Shown in pieces: positions 28,921 to 40,203 of a DNA stretch of 64,000 bases. Source of the stretch: Candidatus Eiseniibacteriota bacterium (GTDB lineage Bacteria > Eisenbacteria > RBG-16-71-46); contig JANLWX010000007.1 in NCBI GenBank assembly GCA_031364845.1, positions 64,001 through 128,000 on the forward strand, in the 5' to 3' direction. The notes beneath the pieces were generated by a model. The model was not told the origin of the DNA. It did no database searches and worked only from the letters and a program-made list of their open reading frames with translations. Each line of letters begins with the position of its first letter. Within the stretch, counting starts at the first letter, position 1. Made by a program: the position numbers and the translations under genes.

Positions 28921-29946
28921 ATGGCAGGACGACTGCAAGCGAAGGTGCCGTTCGGCCGATACGCGCTGGCGGTGCTCGCATGCCTGCTGGCAGCGACCGG
29001 CTGCAAGCTCGAACAGTTCCCGCAGAGCACGCTGGATCCCAAGTCCGACTACGCGTGGGCGATCCAGCGACTGCTCGACCAGCAGGTGTTCTGGGTCGTC
29101 GTGATCTTCGTGCTGGTGCTGGTGGCGCAGTTGTTCATCCTCGTGAAGTTCCGCGCGCGGCCCGGCGCACCCGAGCCCAAGCATATCCACGGCAACACGA
29201 TGCTCGAGATCGCGTGGACGATCGCGCCCGCCATCATCCTCACGCTGGTCGCGGTTCCGACCGTCGTCACCATCTACAAGACTCAGGCGCCGGCGCCCGC
29301 CGGTTCCCTGCAGGTGCGCGCGATCGGGCATCAGTGGTGGTGGGAGTTCCAGTACCCCGAGCTGGGCGTGACGACCGCGAGCGAACTGTATGTGCCGGTC
29401 GGCCGCACTGTGTCGGTCGCCATCGAGACGGTGGACGTCATGCACAGCTTCTGGTTCCCCGCGATGGGCGGAAAGCGTGACGCGATTCCCGGACGCGTGA
29501 ACCACATGTTCTTCAAGCCCGACTCGACCGGCACCTACATGGGCCAGTGCGCGGAGTTGTGCGGCACGTCGCACGCGAACATGCGCATGAAGCTGGTGGT
29601 GAACGCCCCCGAGGAATTCGACGCATGGGTCGAGCGGCAGAAGGCGGCTCCGGTCCATCCGGATTCGACGTCGCTCGCGGCCCAGGGCAAGGCCATCTTC
29701 TCGCAGGGCGCATGCATCGCGTGTCACTCGATTTCCGGCGTTTCGGCCGGCGTGATCGGGCCGAACCTGACGCACGTCGGCAGCCGATCGACGATCGCGG
29801 GTGCGATCTACGAGAACACCCCCGAGAATCTCGGACACTGGCTCACGGATCCGCCGGCCCGCAAACCCGGCTCGCTCATGCCGAATCAGGCCCTGACCAA
29901 AGATCAGGTGGCCGCGCTGGTCGCCTACCTGACCAGCCTCAAGTAG
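28921..29946 (+). CDS. ctaC: Cytochrome c oxidase subunit II with fused cytochrome c (caa3 type)
   Basis: Lipobox-like LAATGC, GHQWWW, DVMHSF, CuA motif CAELCGTSHANM, heme c motif CIACH. Confidence 0.95.
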   Translation: MAGRLQAKVPFGRYALAVLACLLAATGCKLEQFPQSTLDPKSDYAWAIQRLLDQQVFWVVVIFVLVLVAQLFILVKFRARPGAPEPKHIHGNTMLEIAWTIAPAIILTLVAVPTVVTIYKTQAPAPAGSLQVRAIGHQWWWEFQYPELGVTTASELYVPVGRTVSVAIETVDVMHSFWFPAMGGKRDAIPGRVNHMFFKPDSTGTYMGQCAELCGTSHANMRMKLVVNAPEEFDAWVERQKAAPVHPDSTSLAAQGKAIFSQGACIACHSISGVSAGVIGPNLTHVGSRSTIAGAIYENTPENLGHWLTDPPARKPGSLMPNQALTKDQVAALVAYLTSLK

Positions 29947-29962
29947 CGGGAAAGGAACCCAC

Positions 29963-31768
29963 ATGGCCACCACCGCCGCGACCGTTCACGCCGCTGCACC
30001 GTCCGAATCCGGACTGTGGAGCTGGCTGACGACGGTCGATCACAAGCGCATCGGCGTTCTCTATGGCGTGACCGCGTTCATCTTCTTCCTCATCGGCGGC
30101 ATCGAGGCGTTGATGATCCGCATCCAGCTGATGCGTCCGGACATGAACTTCGTGAGCCCCGACGTCTACAACCAGCTGTTCACGATGCACGCCACGACCA
30201 TGATCTTCCTTGCGGTGATGCCGCTGTCGGCGAGCTTCTTCAACTTCCTGATCCCGCTCATGATCGGCGCGCGCGACGTCGCGTTCCCGCGCCTGAACGC
30301 GTTCAGCTACTGGGTGTTCCTGTTCGGCGCGATCTTCATCAACCTCAGCTTCGTGCTGGGTGGTGCGCCCGACGCCGGCTGGTTCGGCTATTCGAACCTG
30401 ACGTCCAAACAGTACTCGCCCGGCCACGGCGTCGACTTCTGGGCGATCGGCCTCCAGATCCTCGGCATCGCATCACTGGCCGCCGGCTTCAACTTCATCG
30501 TGACGATCATCAACCTGCGCGCGCCCGGCATGAAGTTCATGCGGATGCCGGTGTTCGTGTGGATGACGCTCGTCACGTCGTTCCTGATCATCCTCGCGTT
30601 CCCGGTGATCACGGTCGCACTCGTGTTCCTGACGTTCGACCGCACCGTCGGCACCAACTTCTTCATCCCGACCGCCGGCGCCGACCCACTGCTGTGGCAG
30701 CATCTGTTCTGGCTGTTCGGGCACCCCGAGGTCTACATCCTGATCCTGCCCGCGATGGGCATCGTGTCCGAAGTGCTGCCGACGTTCTCGCGCAAGCCTC
30801 TGTTCGGCTATCCGGTGATCGTCTACTCGGGGATCTTCATCGGTTTCATGGGCTGGGGCGTGTGGAGCCATCACATGTTCTCGGTCGGGCTCGGGCCGCT
30901 CGCCGACTCGTTCTTCGCGCTGTCGACCATGCTGATCGCGATACCGACCGGCGTGAAGATCTTCAACTGGCTTGGCACGATGTGGGGCGGACGCCTCGAG
31001 TTGAAGAGCGCGATGCTGTTCGCGATCGGCTTCATCATCCTGTTCACGATGGGCGGGCTGTCGGGCTTCATGCACGCCTCGCCGCCGGCCGACCTGCAGC
31101 AGACCGACACCTACTTCGTCGTCGCGCACATCCACTACGTGCTGTTCGGCGGCGCGATCATGGGCATCTTCGCGGGCATCTACTACTGGTTCCCGAAGAT
31201 GACCGGGCGCATGCTCGACGAGCGGCTCGGGAAGTGGCACTTCTGGCTGCAGATGATCGCGATGAATCTCGCGTTCTTCCCGATGCACTTCGTCGGCCTG
31301 CTCGGCATGCCGCGACGCGTCTACACCTACAGCGCGAACATGGGCTTCAACGAGATGAATTTCTGGTCGACGGTCGGCGCGCTGATGATCGCCCCCGCGA
31401 TCCTGATCTTCATGTGGAACGTGCTGTCGAGCGTGCGCAACGGTAAGCCGGCCGGGAACGACCCGTGGGGCGGCGCGACACTCGAATGGGCGATTCCGTC
31501 GCCTCCGCCGGTCTACAACTTCGCCTCGGTTCCCGAGGTCAAGAGCCTGGATCCGCTGTGGCATCCGGAGAGCCGCGAAGCAGCACTCGCCTCCAACCAA
31601 ATGCACGGGCCCATCCACATGCCGCCGAGTTCTCACTGGCCGCTCGTGAGCGCGCTCGGAGTCGCAATGCTGCTCTCGGGCATCCTGTTCGGTTGGTACG
31701 TCGGAATTCCCGGCCTGATCCTCATGGTGGTCGGCATCTACTGCTGGGCCTTCGAGCCCTGCGACTGA
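29963..31768 (+). CDS. ctaD: Cytochrome c oxidase subunit I (A1 type)
   Basis: DHKRIG, WLFGHPEVYILILP, VWSHHMF, VVAHIHYV, GMPRR. Confidence 0.97.
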   Translation: MATTAATVHAAAPSESGLWSWLTTVDHKRIGVLYGVTAFIFFLIGGIEALMIRIQLMRPDMNFVSPDVYNQLFTMHATTMIFLAVMPLSASFFNFLIPLMIGARDVAFPRLNAFSYWVFLFGAIFINLSFVLGGAPDAGWFGYSNLTSKQYSPGHGVDFWAIGLQILGIASLAAGFNFIVTIINLRAPGMKFMRMPVFVWMTLVTSFLIILAFPVITVALVFLTFDRTVGTNFFIPTAGADPLLWQHLFWLFGHPEVYILILPAMGIVSEVLPTFSRKPLFGYPVIVYSGIFIGFMGWGVWSHHMFSVGLGPLADSFFALSTMLIAIPTGVKIFNWLGTMWGGRLELKSAMLFAIGFIILFTMGGLSGFMHASPPADLQQTDTYFVVAHIHYVLFGGAIMGIFAGIYYWFPKMTGRMLDERLGKWHFWLQMIAMNLAFFPMHFVGLLGMPRRVYTYSANMGFNEMNFWSTVGALMIAPAILIFMWNVLSSVRNGKPAGNDPWGGATLEWAIPSPPPVYNFASVPEVKSLDPLWHPESREAALASNQMHGPIHMPPSSHWPLVSALGVAMLLSGILFGWYVGIPGLILMVVGIYCWAFEPCD

Positions 31769-31785
31769 TCGGGGAGGACGCTCCA

Positions 31786-32394
31786 TTGTCGGGTACTGCC
31801 GTAGCCGCCCACGATTCCGGGCACGAAGCGCATCCCACCAGCACCGGCCTCAACAGCCGGAAGATGGTGTTCTGGGCCTTCATCGGCTCCGAGTGCATGC
31901 TGTTCGGTTCACTGATCGCGACCTATCTCGTGTACCGGGGCCGCGACAAGGTCGGTCCGCATCCGCACGAGATCCTCAACATTCCGTTCACGTCGTTCAG
32001 CGCGTTCGTGCTGCTGATGAGCTCACTCACGATGGTGCTCGCGCTCGCGGCCGTTCAGCGCGGCAACAAGCGCGGCACGCAGATCTGGCTCGCCGCGACG
32101 GCACTGCTCGGCATGGTGTTCGTCGGGGGCCAGTGCTACGAGTTCACCGAGTTCTATCTGGAGGGGCTCAAGCTCCAGACGAATCTGTTCGGGGCGACGT
32201 TCTACGTCTTGACCGGATTCCACGGGACGCACGTGACGGTCGGCGTCATCTGGCTGTGGTCGCTGTTCATTCTGGCGGGGAAGGGCAAGCTCGGCCCCGG
32301 CCAGTCCCTCGACGTCGAGATCTGCGGTCTGTACTGGCACTTCGTCGACGTCGTGTGGATCGCGATCTTCACGCTGATCTACCTGATCCAGTAG
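31786..32394 (+). CDS. ctaE: Cytochrome c oxidase subunit III
   Basis: FIGSECMLF, LTGFHGTHV, GLYWHFVDVVW; TTG start after GGGGAGG. Confidence 0.93.
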   Translation: MSGTAVAAHDSGHEAHPTSTGLNSRKMVFWAFIGSECMLFGSLIATYLVYRGRDKVGPHPHEILNIPFTSFSAFVLLMSSLTMVLALAAVQRGNKRGTQIWLAATALLGMVFVGGQCYEFTEFYLEGLKLQTNLFGATFYVLTGFHGTHVTVGVIWLWSLFILAGKGKLGPGQSLDVEICGLYWHFVDVVWIAIFTLIYLIQ

Positions 32395-32404
32395 GGAGAA
32401 GCCG

Positions 32405-32710
32405 ATGAGCGAGCACAAGGGCGCGCAGCCGGAAGGGCACGGACACCCGGGAGCCAAGGAATACCTCGGCATCGCCGTCATCCTCACCGTGATCACCGCC
32501 ATCGAAGTCGCGGTGTTCTACGTTCCGTCGCTGAAGCCGATCCTGATCCCGACGCTGCTGATCCTGTCGGCCATCAAGTTCGCGCTGGTCGTGATGTTCT
32601 ACATGCACCTCAAATTCGACCACAAGTTGTTCTCGTGGCTGTTCGTGGTGCCCATGCTGCTCGCCGTCGCCGTGATCACGGCGTTGCTCAAGCTGTTCGG
32701 AGTCTTCTAA
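32405..32710 (+). CDS. ctaF: Cytochrome c oxidase subunit IV (caa3 CtaF-like)
   Basis: LTVITAIE and KFALVVMFYMHLKFD; three TM helices; last gene of the operon. Confidence 0.88.
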   Translation: MSEHKGAQPEGHGHPGAKEYLGIAVILTVITAIEVAVFYVPSLKPILIPTLLILSAIKFALVVMFYMHLKFDHKLFSWLFVVPMLLAVAVITALLKLFGVF

Positions 32711-32737
32711 GGCTCGCCTGGCGGACGCAGCGAAAGA

Positions 32738-32779
32738 CAAAAAAGAAAACGCCTCGAAGGACGGATCCCTCGAGGCGTT
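32738..32779 (-). terminator. Rho-independent terminator (for the tRNA, possibly bidirectional)
   Basis: Stem AACGCCTCGA/TCGAGGCGTT (32748-32779) followed by a long U-tract on the minus strand. Confidence 0.75.
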
Positions 32780-32786
32780 CTAATTT

Positions 32787-32863
<77 letters not shown>

Positions 32864-32874
32864 ACGTGGAGCGG

Positions 32875-32903
32875 AATCTACGCGACACCATGGACACTGT
32901 CAA
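32875..32903 (-). promoter_or_regulatory. sigma70 promoter of tRNA-fMet
   Basis: TTGACA-N17-TAGATT directly upstream of the tRNA. Confidence 0.75.
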
Positions 32904-33083
32904 ACGCGAGGGCCGTTTGGAGTGTCCGGCTTTTGTCCCGGCGTATCTTCAAATGCGTCCATAACTCGGAGTCATCTGCGCGCCGTTGATCGAGTTGCGC
33001 GCATCGCGGGCCGTGACTATGCTGCGCCCTCGTTTCGCTGAGCACCGGGAACCTGATGCCGCATGCTGCGGAGGATCTAGACT

Positions 33084-33839
33084 TTGATTTCGAGCCGGTT
33101 CGCATGGATCTCGGGCCTCGCCGCCCTGCTCACCGTGTCGCTCGCCCCGGGCGAAGTGCGTGCTGCGGCCGAGGTCAGTCGCTGCAGCCTGGTCCTTTCG
33201 GGGATGCCCTCCTCGATCCAGGGCGGTGACTTCAACAAATTCATCGACTTCATCAACGAGACGCAGCTCACTTCGCGCGGCCTCGAGGGGCTGGAGAAGG
33301 TGGGCTCGGCGTGGATGTTCGAAGCCCAGTTGCGCTACTTCGTCCGTCCCAACATGGCGGTGAACGTGGGCGTCGGGCAGATCCGTGCAGTCAGCGATCG
33401 TGAATACCTTCCCGCCCTCAACCTCGCGATCCAGCTGCACAGCGAAGTCCTCTCGATCCCGGTGCACGTCGGCGGCGCCTACTATCTCGAGCCCTACAAT
33501 CAGGGCGACTTTCAGGCGCGCGCCTATTTTGGCGCGGGTGTGGTGAGCCTGGTCTACAACCGCGCGCTGTTCCAGCAGGAAGGCGTCGGCATCCCGGATC
33601 TCGTGAACCTCAAGACGGTCGCGACGCAGGATTCGCCGGGCTACTACCTGGAGTTCGGCGGACACATGTTCTTCGCGTCCCGGTTCAACGTGCTGATGGG
33701 CGTCATGTACCGCAGCGCCAAGATCGATCGGCTCGTCGACAGTGAGACCGGCCTCCCGTATCCGACCCCGACCGGCGATCCGTACACGCTGGATTTCTCG
33801 GGAGTGAGCGGACGCTTCGGACTGGGGATCGGCTTCTGA
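33084..33839 (+). CDS. Outer-membrane beta-barrel protein
   Basis: Signal peptide, alternating beta-strand pattern, C-terminal GLGIGF. Confidence 0.75.
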   Translation: MISSRFAWISGLAALLTVSLAPGEVRAAAEVSRCSLVLSGMPSSIQGGDFNKFIDFINETQLTSRGLEGLEKVGSAWMFEAQLRYFVRPNMAVNVGVGQIRAVSDREYLPALNLAIQLHSEVLSIPVHVGGAYYLEPYNQGDFQARAYFGAGVVSLVYNRALFQQEGVGIPDLVNLKTVATQDSPGYYLEFGGHMFFASRFNVLMGVMYRSAKIDRLVDSETGLPYPTPTGDPYTLDFSGVSGRFGLGIGF

Positions 33840-33934
33840 TTTCCCGCTGACGCGAAACGCTCGAGGCCCCGCATTCCGGCGTACCGGAGCGCGGGGCCTC
33901 GTCGCATCAGGGCCGATCGAGATGCTCGGACAAT

Positions 33935-34288
33935 CTAGCGCGTCGTGCTGTCGGTCCCCGACATCCGGTAGATGATCTCACCCGGTCGCGCCATGCCCGT
34001 GCTGCGCAACTTGCGCTCGGCGAGTTCCTGCCGTGACCGCGGGTCCTTCGCATCCTTCTCGATGGCGAGAATCTCGGCGCGCGTGTGGTTCACCTCTTGT
34101 ACCGTGCGCTGCTGCTCCTGACGCAGCCGCGACAGGCGGAAGAAGCTGTGGTCGCTGAGAAAGCCGACCCACGCGCACCACGCGATCGCGACGAGCCACG
34201 CCCAGTGCAAGCGGCGGCGGATGGGATCGGAGGGCATGGCATAGCGGGAGAGACGGTAACGACGGATGCGATTTCCGATGTCGCGCAT
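33935..34288 (-). CDS. ftsB: Septum formation initiator (FtsB/DivIC family)
   Basis: TM segment plus coiled coil plus ELAERKLR..GMARPGEIIY; downstream of eno, a commonly conserved pairing. Confidence 0.8.
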   Translation of the reverse strand: MRDIGNRIRRYRLSRYAMPSDPIRRRLHWAWLVAIAWCAWVGFLSDHSFFRLSRLRQEQQRTVQEVNHTRAEILAIEKDAKDPRSRQELAERKLRSTGMARPGEIIYRMSGTDSTTR

Positions 34289-34416
34289 GACGTCCATGTC
34301 CTCGGGACAAAGGGGATCATCGATGATGGCGCAGGCCCGAATCCTTGCGGGCGGCGCGCGGTGCACGGTGCTTCATCTGTTCCGACGATCGCCGTCTGAG
34401 CGCGATCGCGCGGCGT

Positions 34417-35750
<1,334 letters not shown>

Positions 35751-35825
35751 GGCGTCGGAGCTTGCAAGTTGCGATGCCTGAAGCCCTTGACCACCCCGGA
35801 ATCCGCCGCCTATGGTGCCTCCCCA

Positions 35826-35852
35826 TGAAACTTTCGCCCCGTGCCGCGCGTA
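35826..35852 (+). promoter_or_regulatory. ECF-type (SigW-like) autoregulatory promoter
   Basis: TGAAAC-N17-CGTA, 25 nt upstream of the ECF sigma gene. Confidence 0.6.
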
Positions 35853-35877
35853 GGCGGGCTGTAGATGTGCCGCGCAC

Positions 35878-36447
35878 GTGACTGACGACGACGCCGAACT
35901 CGTACGGCGGTGCCTGGAGGGCGATGAGCGGGCCTACGGCCTCATCGTCGAACGCTATCAGGCTCGAATCTTCTCGCTGGCGTGGCGCATGGTTCGCCAG
36001 CGGGAGGATGCCGAGGATCTGACCCAGGAGACGTTCGTGCGGATGTTCCGCGCGGCGGCCCGATACGATCCGACGCGGCCGTTCGCGGCCTGGTTGTTCA
36101 CGATCGCTTCACGGCTGTGCATCGACCACATTCGCAGGCGGCGGTTGCCGTCGGTCTCGCTCTCGATGTCGGAGCCCGGTTCGGGCGAAGAGCGGCAGAT
36201 GGATATCGAAGATCCGGGGCTTGGGCCCGACGAAATCACGTCCCGGGAGGAAGAGGAGCGGAACACGCAGGATCTGATCGACAGCCTGCCGCCGCATTAT
36301 CGAATTGTCGTGATGTTGAGACACCAGGAAGACCTGTCGTACGACGAGATCGCAGCCGCGCTCGAAATGCCGTTGGGCACGGTGAAGGCTCGAATCCACC
36401 GGGCACGCGCACTGCTTCGGGGGCGCATCGAGGGAGAACACTCGTGA
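35878..36447 (+). CDS. ECF RNA polymerase sigma factor (SigW-like)
   Basis: DAEDLTQETF, FAAWLFTIA, LSYDEIA...GTVKARIHRAR. Confidence 0.95.
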   Translation: MTDDDAELVRRCLEGDERAYGLIVERYQARIFSLAWRMVRQREDAEDLTQETFVRMFRAAARYDPTRPFAAWLFTIASRLCIDHIRRRRLPSVSLSMSEPGSGEERQMDIEDPGLGPDEITSREEEERNTQDLIDSLPPHYRIVVMLRHQEDLSYDEIAAALEMPLGTVKARIHRARALLRGRIEGEHS

Positions 36448-37070
36448 AGCCAGCATGCATCGAGACCCAGCGCGTCGAGGACTACCTCGACGACGCGCTC
36501 GCTCCGGCCGAGGTCGCCGCGTTCCGCGAACACCTGCGTGGCTGCGCCGGATGCGCCGCAGAATTGGCCGCATGGACCCGCGTGTTCCATACCCTCGACT
36601 CGACCCCGCTGCTTGATCCCGGCCCCGCGCTCACCCAGCGCGTGCTCGCTGCCGTCGTCCCTTCCCGTATCCGCCAGCGCTGGCTGCGCACCGTGGGCTG
36701 GACCTACGCCGGTTCGCTCGCGGCAAGCGTGGCAGCGGCCGTGGTCGCGGCCAATCTGCCCGGCGCGCGACTGTGGCTCGATGTCGCCTCCGCGGAAGCG
36801 TCGCGCCACGTGGTCCAGTTGTTCATGTTCGTGCTCAACGCGCTCGCCTTCGCCACGCTCGGCATCGCCAACGGCTGGGGCGCGCTCGCCTCGCTCTTGA
36901 ACCGCATTGCCCCGCTGCCGCGCGCACTGGCGTCGCTGCTTCAGCATCCGCCGGTGGAAGTGGCGCTGTGGGCGGCCGCGGTGATCTGCATCGCGCTGCT
37001 GTGGTGGCTTCATGGACGCGACCGCTCGGCGTCGCGCCGGATCGATCCGCTCGGACTGATGGGGGTGTGA
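36444..37070 (+). CDS. Zinc-binding (zf-HC2/ZAS) membrane anti-sigma factor
   Basis: HLRGCAGC (HxxxCxxC) followed by TM helices; GTGA overlap with the sigma gene. Confidence 0.88.
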   Translation: MKPACIETQRVEDYLDDALAPAEVAAFREHLRGCAGCAAELAAWTRVFHTLDSTPLLDPGPALTQRVLAAVVPSRIRQRWLRTVGWTYAGSLAASVAAAVVAANLPGARLWLDVASAEASRHVVQLFMFVLNALAFATLGIANGWGALASLLNRIAPLPRALASLLQHPPVEVALWAAAVICIALLWWLHGRDRSASRRIDPLGLMGV

Positions 37071-37071
37071 C

Positions 37072-38286
37072 ATGAGGACGAATTCCGGGGCGCGATCGCT
37101 CTCGAGGGTGCGGGGCACGCTGGCCCTGATGCTGATGACGGTCGCCACCGCGGCGTTCATCGCCGCGCTCCCGGCGCAGAGCCTCGCCCAGTCGAAGTCC
37201 CGGAGCGACTCGACGCGTCACGCGAAGAGCATCCGCATCAGCTCCGATGGAATTCGGATCGACGGCGGGAGCGGCGAATCCACCGAGCTCGACGTCAAGG
37301 GTGCGGTGAAGATCGGCGACGGTGTCATCCGCATCACCACCGACAGCGACACGCAGACGGTGCGCCGGCGCTCGGTCCACATCAATGGACCGGTCGTGGT
37401 GGTGGACGACGGCAGCGCGGGTCTCGTGCGCGTGTTCGCCGATGCCGAGGTCGCCAAGGACGAGCGGATCGAGGGTGATGTGGTCGCCGTGTTCGGATCC
37501 GTCCAGGTCGCGGGTCATGTCGCGGGAAACGTGGCCGCGGTGTTCGGTTCGGTCAGTCTCGAGCCGGGCGCGGTCGTGGACGGCGACGTGGTGGCGATCG
37601 GCGGCGCGCTCGATCAGGCCGCGGGTGCGATCGTCAATGGTGAGAGCGTGTCGCTCGGCCTCTTCTCGTGGCATCCCGGAGTTCCCACGCTGCGCGTCCT
37701 GCTGCTGTCGGTGCTCGGCAGCTGGATCATGACGCTGATCCTCGGCTGGATGCTGGCGCTCGTCTTCCCGCATCGCATGCGCCGCGTGGCGCTCACCGCG
37801 TCGCAGCGGACCGCGGGCTCGTTCGTGCTCGGAGTGGCCTCGGGTCCGCTGGTCGTGATCGCCGTGGTCCTCATGCTCATCACCGTGGTCGGTATCCCGT
37901 TCGCGCTCATGCTGCCGCTCGCCTACATCTTCATTGTGTGGGCCGGACAATTGACGACCTCGTACGTCCTCGGCTGCCGGTTGCTGCGCCGCAAGATCGG
38001 CGACGGCCAGCCGATGGCTCCGCTTGCTGCGGGAACGTTGTTCGTCGCGATGTTCTTCGCACTTGGCGCAATCCTCGCAGGACCCCAGGGCGCGGTACGC
38101 ACGTTCGCGCTGTTCTTCACGCTGCTCGGGGCGCTCATGGTGCTCGGTCTGTCCGTGGTCGGCACCGGGGCGGTGCTGCTGTCGCGGCTCGGATCGCGTC
38201 CTCGCGATGGTGCGATGCCGGCACCGGCGAACACCGTGTCGCCTCCCGCTGACCCGACCATCATTCCGGCGACTCCGGTCGCCTGA
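37072..38286 (+). CDS. Membrane protein with bactofilin-like beta-helix repeats and C-terminal TM bundle
   Basis: Repeats IEGDVVAVFGSVQV / VAGNVAAVFGSVSL / VDGDVVAIGG, followed by several TM helices (ITVVGIP). Confidence 0.75.
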   Translation: MRTNSGARSLSRVRGTLALMLMTVATAAFIAALPAQSLAQSKSRSDSTRHAKSIRISSDGIRIDGGSGESTELDVKGAVKIGDGVIRITTDSDTQTVRRRSVHINGPVVVVDDGSAGLVRVFADAEVAKDERIEGDVVAVFGSVQVAGHVAGNVAAVFGSVSLEPGAVVDGDVVAIGGALDQAAGAIVNGESVSLGLFSWHPGVPTLRVLLLSVLGSWIMTLILGWMLALVFPHRMRRVALTASQRTAGSFVLGVASGPLVVIAVVLMLITVVGIPFALMLPLAYIFIVWAGQLTTSYVLGCRLLRRKIGDGQPMAPLAAGTLFVAMFFALGAILAGPQGAVRTFALFFTLLGALMVLGLSVVGTGAVLLSRLGSRPRDGAMPAPANTVSPPADPTIIPATPVA

Positions 38287-38494
38287 ATCCGGGACATCCC
38301 CCGGGGGAAACCCCGCTTTCAAAGGCGCCCGCTGGGTGGTCCGGCCCCGTTTCGATCGACGATCCCCGGCGAAGCGCGCTGAAGGCGGTGTGAGCGGGCA
38401 TCGATCTTCATGTCCCGCAACAGGTTTCGCAGGCTGATCGAAACCCGACCCCGGGGGGGTCGGGGGCACGGATATGGCGTTATGACGTTCGTAT

Positions 38495-39490
38495 ATGAAC
38501 GCTCTTCACGCCCTCCGTCCACTCGCCCTGGTGCTGTCGCTCGCGCCATTCATGAGCACCCCGCTGCCCGCACACGAGGTCGACGCCTCGGGTACCGCTC
38601 AGGGGCTCGTCATCCACGACGCGGCGAGCACGTTGCGTGAATATTGTGCGCCGGACTCCGAAGGTCGGCTGTGGATCACGCTTCCCGGCGGGTGGCGCTT
38701 CGAGTTGATCACGTCGACCGACGATCCCGGCATCATCAACCCGGGAGACGGCGCCTTCCATCCGTTCGACGCCGCGGAAGTCACGGCGGCCCTCGCCCAG
38801 CTGAGCTTCCCGGTTGCGGGGATCTCGGCCGAAGTCTTCCTGCTGCCCTATCCGCGCCGCGCGCAGATCGAATCGGCAGCCGGCCCGCGGCTGATCCTAA
38901 TGTCGCCCGGTGTGCGTCCGCTCACGCGCGAACACCAGCATGCCGAGTTCGTTCACGAGCTGGGCCATGTCGTCCATCACGCGCTGATGCCGGACGGTGA
39001 CGGTCGCTGGGACACGTATCGCAGACTCCGCGAGATCGACGACGCACGCTACTCGCCGACGGCCCCGCACGCGGATCGTCCGCACGAGATTTTCGCCGAG
39101 GACTTCCGCGCGCTGTTCGGCGGACCGCGGGCGACCTATTCCGGCACGATCGAGAACTCGAGCCTCGCTTCGCCCGAGGATGTTCCCGGACTCTCGTCGT
39201 TCATGCTCGGGCTCGCCGGCGTCACGGCTCCGCTTCCGATTCTTGCTTCGCCGAACCCCACGCGCGGCGCGCTGCGGTTCACGCTGGCCGGCGCGAGCGA
39301 GGTGCCGCTCGACCTGTTCGATGCCGGCGGACGACGGATCGCGAGCCTCGCGCCCCGTGCGACCGCGGGCGCAATCGAATGGAATTTCGACGGCTTCGAC
39401 GCGGCGGGACGCCCGGTGGCACCGGGCGTGCTGTTCGCGCGGCCGCGCGGCGCGCGTCACAGCGCTGCGCGCATCATCGTCGTCCCCTGA
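38495..39490 (+). CDS. Secreted zincin-like metalloprotein with short FlgD/T9SS-type C-terminal domain
   Basis: Signal peptide, VHELGH...EIFAEDF, C-terminal PNPTRG...LFDAGGRRI...GVLF. Confidence 0.7.
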   Translation: MNALHALRPLALVLSLAPFMSTPLPAHEVDASGTAQGLVIHDAASTLREYCAPDSEGRLWITLPGGWRFELITSTDDPGIINPGDGAFHPFDAAEVTAALAQLSFPVAGISAEVFLLPYPRRAQIESAAGPRLILMSPGVRPLTREHQHAEFVHELGHVVHHALMPDGDGRWDTYRRLREIDDARYSPTAPHADRPHEIFAEDFRALFGGPRATYSGTIENSSLASPEDVPGLSSFMLGLAGVTAPLPILASPNPTRGALRFTLAGASEVPLDLFDAGGRRIASLAPRATAGAIEWNFDGFDAAGRPVAPGVLFARPRGARHSAARIIVVP

Positions 39491-39531
39491 AGCCACGCCT
39501 CGCGTCACCTCGCGCGGCGGCGCTGCGCGGT

Positions 39532-40185
39532 TCAGTGACGGAACAACGTCGACAACTCGAACTCGCCCGAGTTCGCGCGCGCGTGCTGATCACCGAATCC
39601 CGCGAAGTTACGCACCGCGTCGAACACCGAGCGCGGGAGGCCCGTGATCACGCCGAACCCTGAGCGGCGCTTCGACTCCACTTCGCCCGACAGCCAGCCT
39701 TCCCCTTCTTCGAGATCTTCGACGCTCAGCGGCTTGAGCGTCACCGAAACCGCGAGGTAGTAGCGGGCCCCGGCATCGATCTGCGCGATGCGGCCGACCG
39801 GCAACGACAGCGGCCTCGAAAGCACGATGCGCACCGAGTCGAGCGAGCTGAGCGTCATGCTCGCGGCCCCCGGACGCTCGATGTGAAAGTTCTCACTCCA
39901 GACTTCGTAGCGGATCTTGAGCGGGGATTCGAACGTGCTCTCCAGACGGTCGAACCAACCGCTGCGACGACGCCACAGTTCGACGTGCAGCAGCAACGTC
40001 GCGGGCATTCCGCGCGACAGGCTCTGTTCGACGCGCGGCGGGAACAGATCGTCGAGCTGGAGGTCGACCCACAGGTAGCCCTCACGTTCACGCGGACGTT
40101 GCACGTCCACCGTGAGCGCATCCGCGGCCGGCGCGAGCACGACGAGCGCGAGCAGCGTGGCGGCGAGCCCGGGCATGCGAAACAT
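39532..40185 (-). CDS. DUF4390-family periplasmic protein
   Basis: Signal peptide; LSRGMPATL...WRRRSGWFD...IRYEVW pattern; located with ntrY/ntrX-like genes. Confidence 0.7.
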   Translation of the reverse strand: MFRMPGLAATLLALVVLAPAADALTVDVQRPREREGYLWVDLQLDDLFPPRVEQSLSRGMPATLLLHVELWRRRSGWFDRLESTFESPLKIRYEVWSENFHIERPGAASMTLSSLDSVRIVLSRPLSLPVGRIAQIDAGARYYLAVSVTLKPLSVEDLEEGEGWLSGEVESKRRSGFGVITGLPRSVFDAVRNFAGFGDQHARANSGEFELSTLFRH

Positions 40186-40203
40186 CGCGAGTATGCCGGC
40201 CGT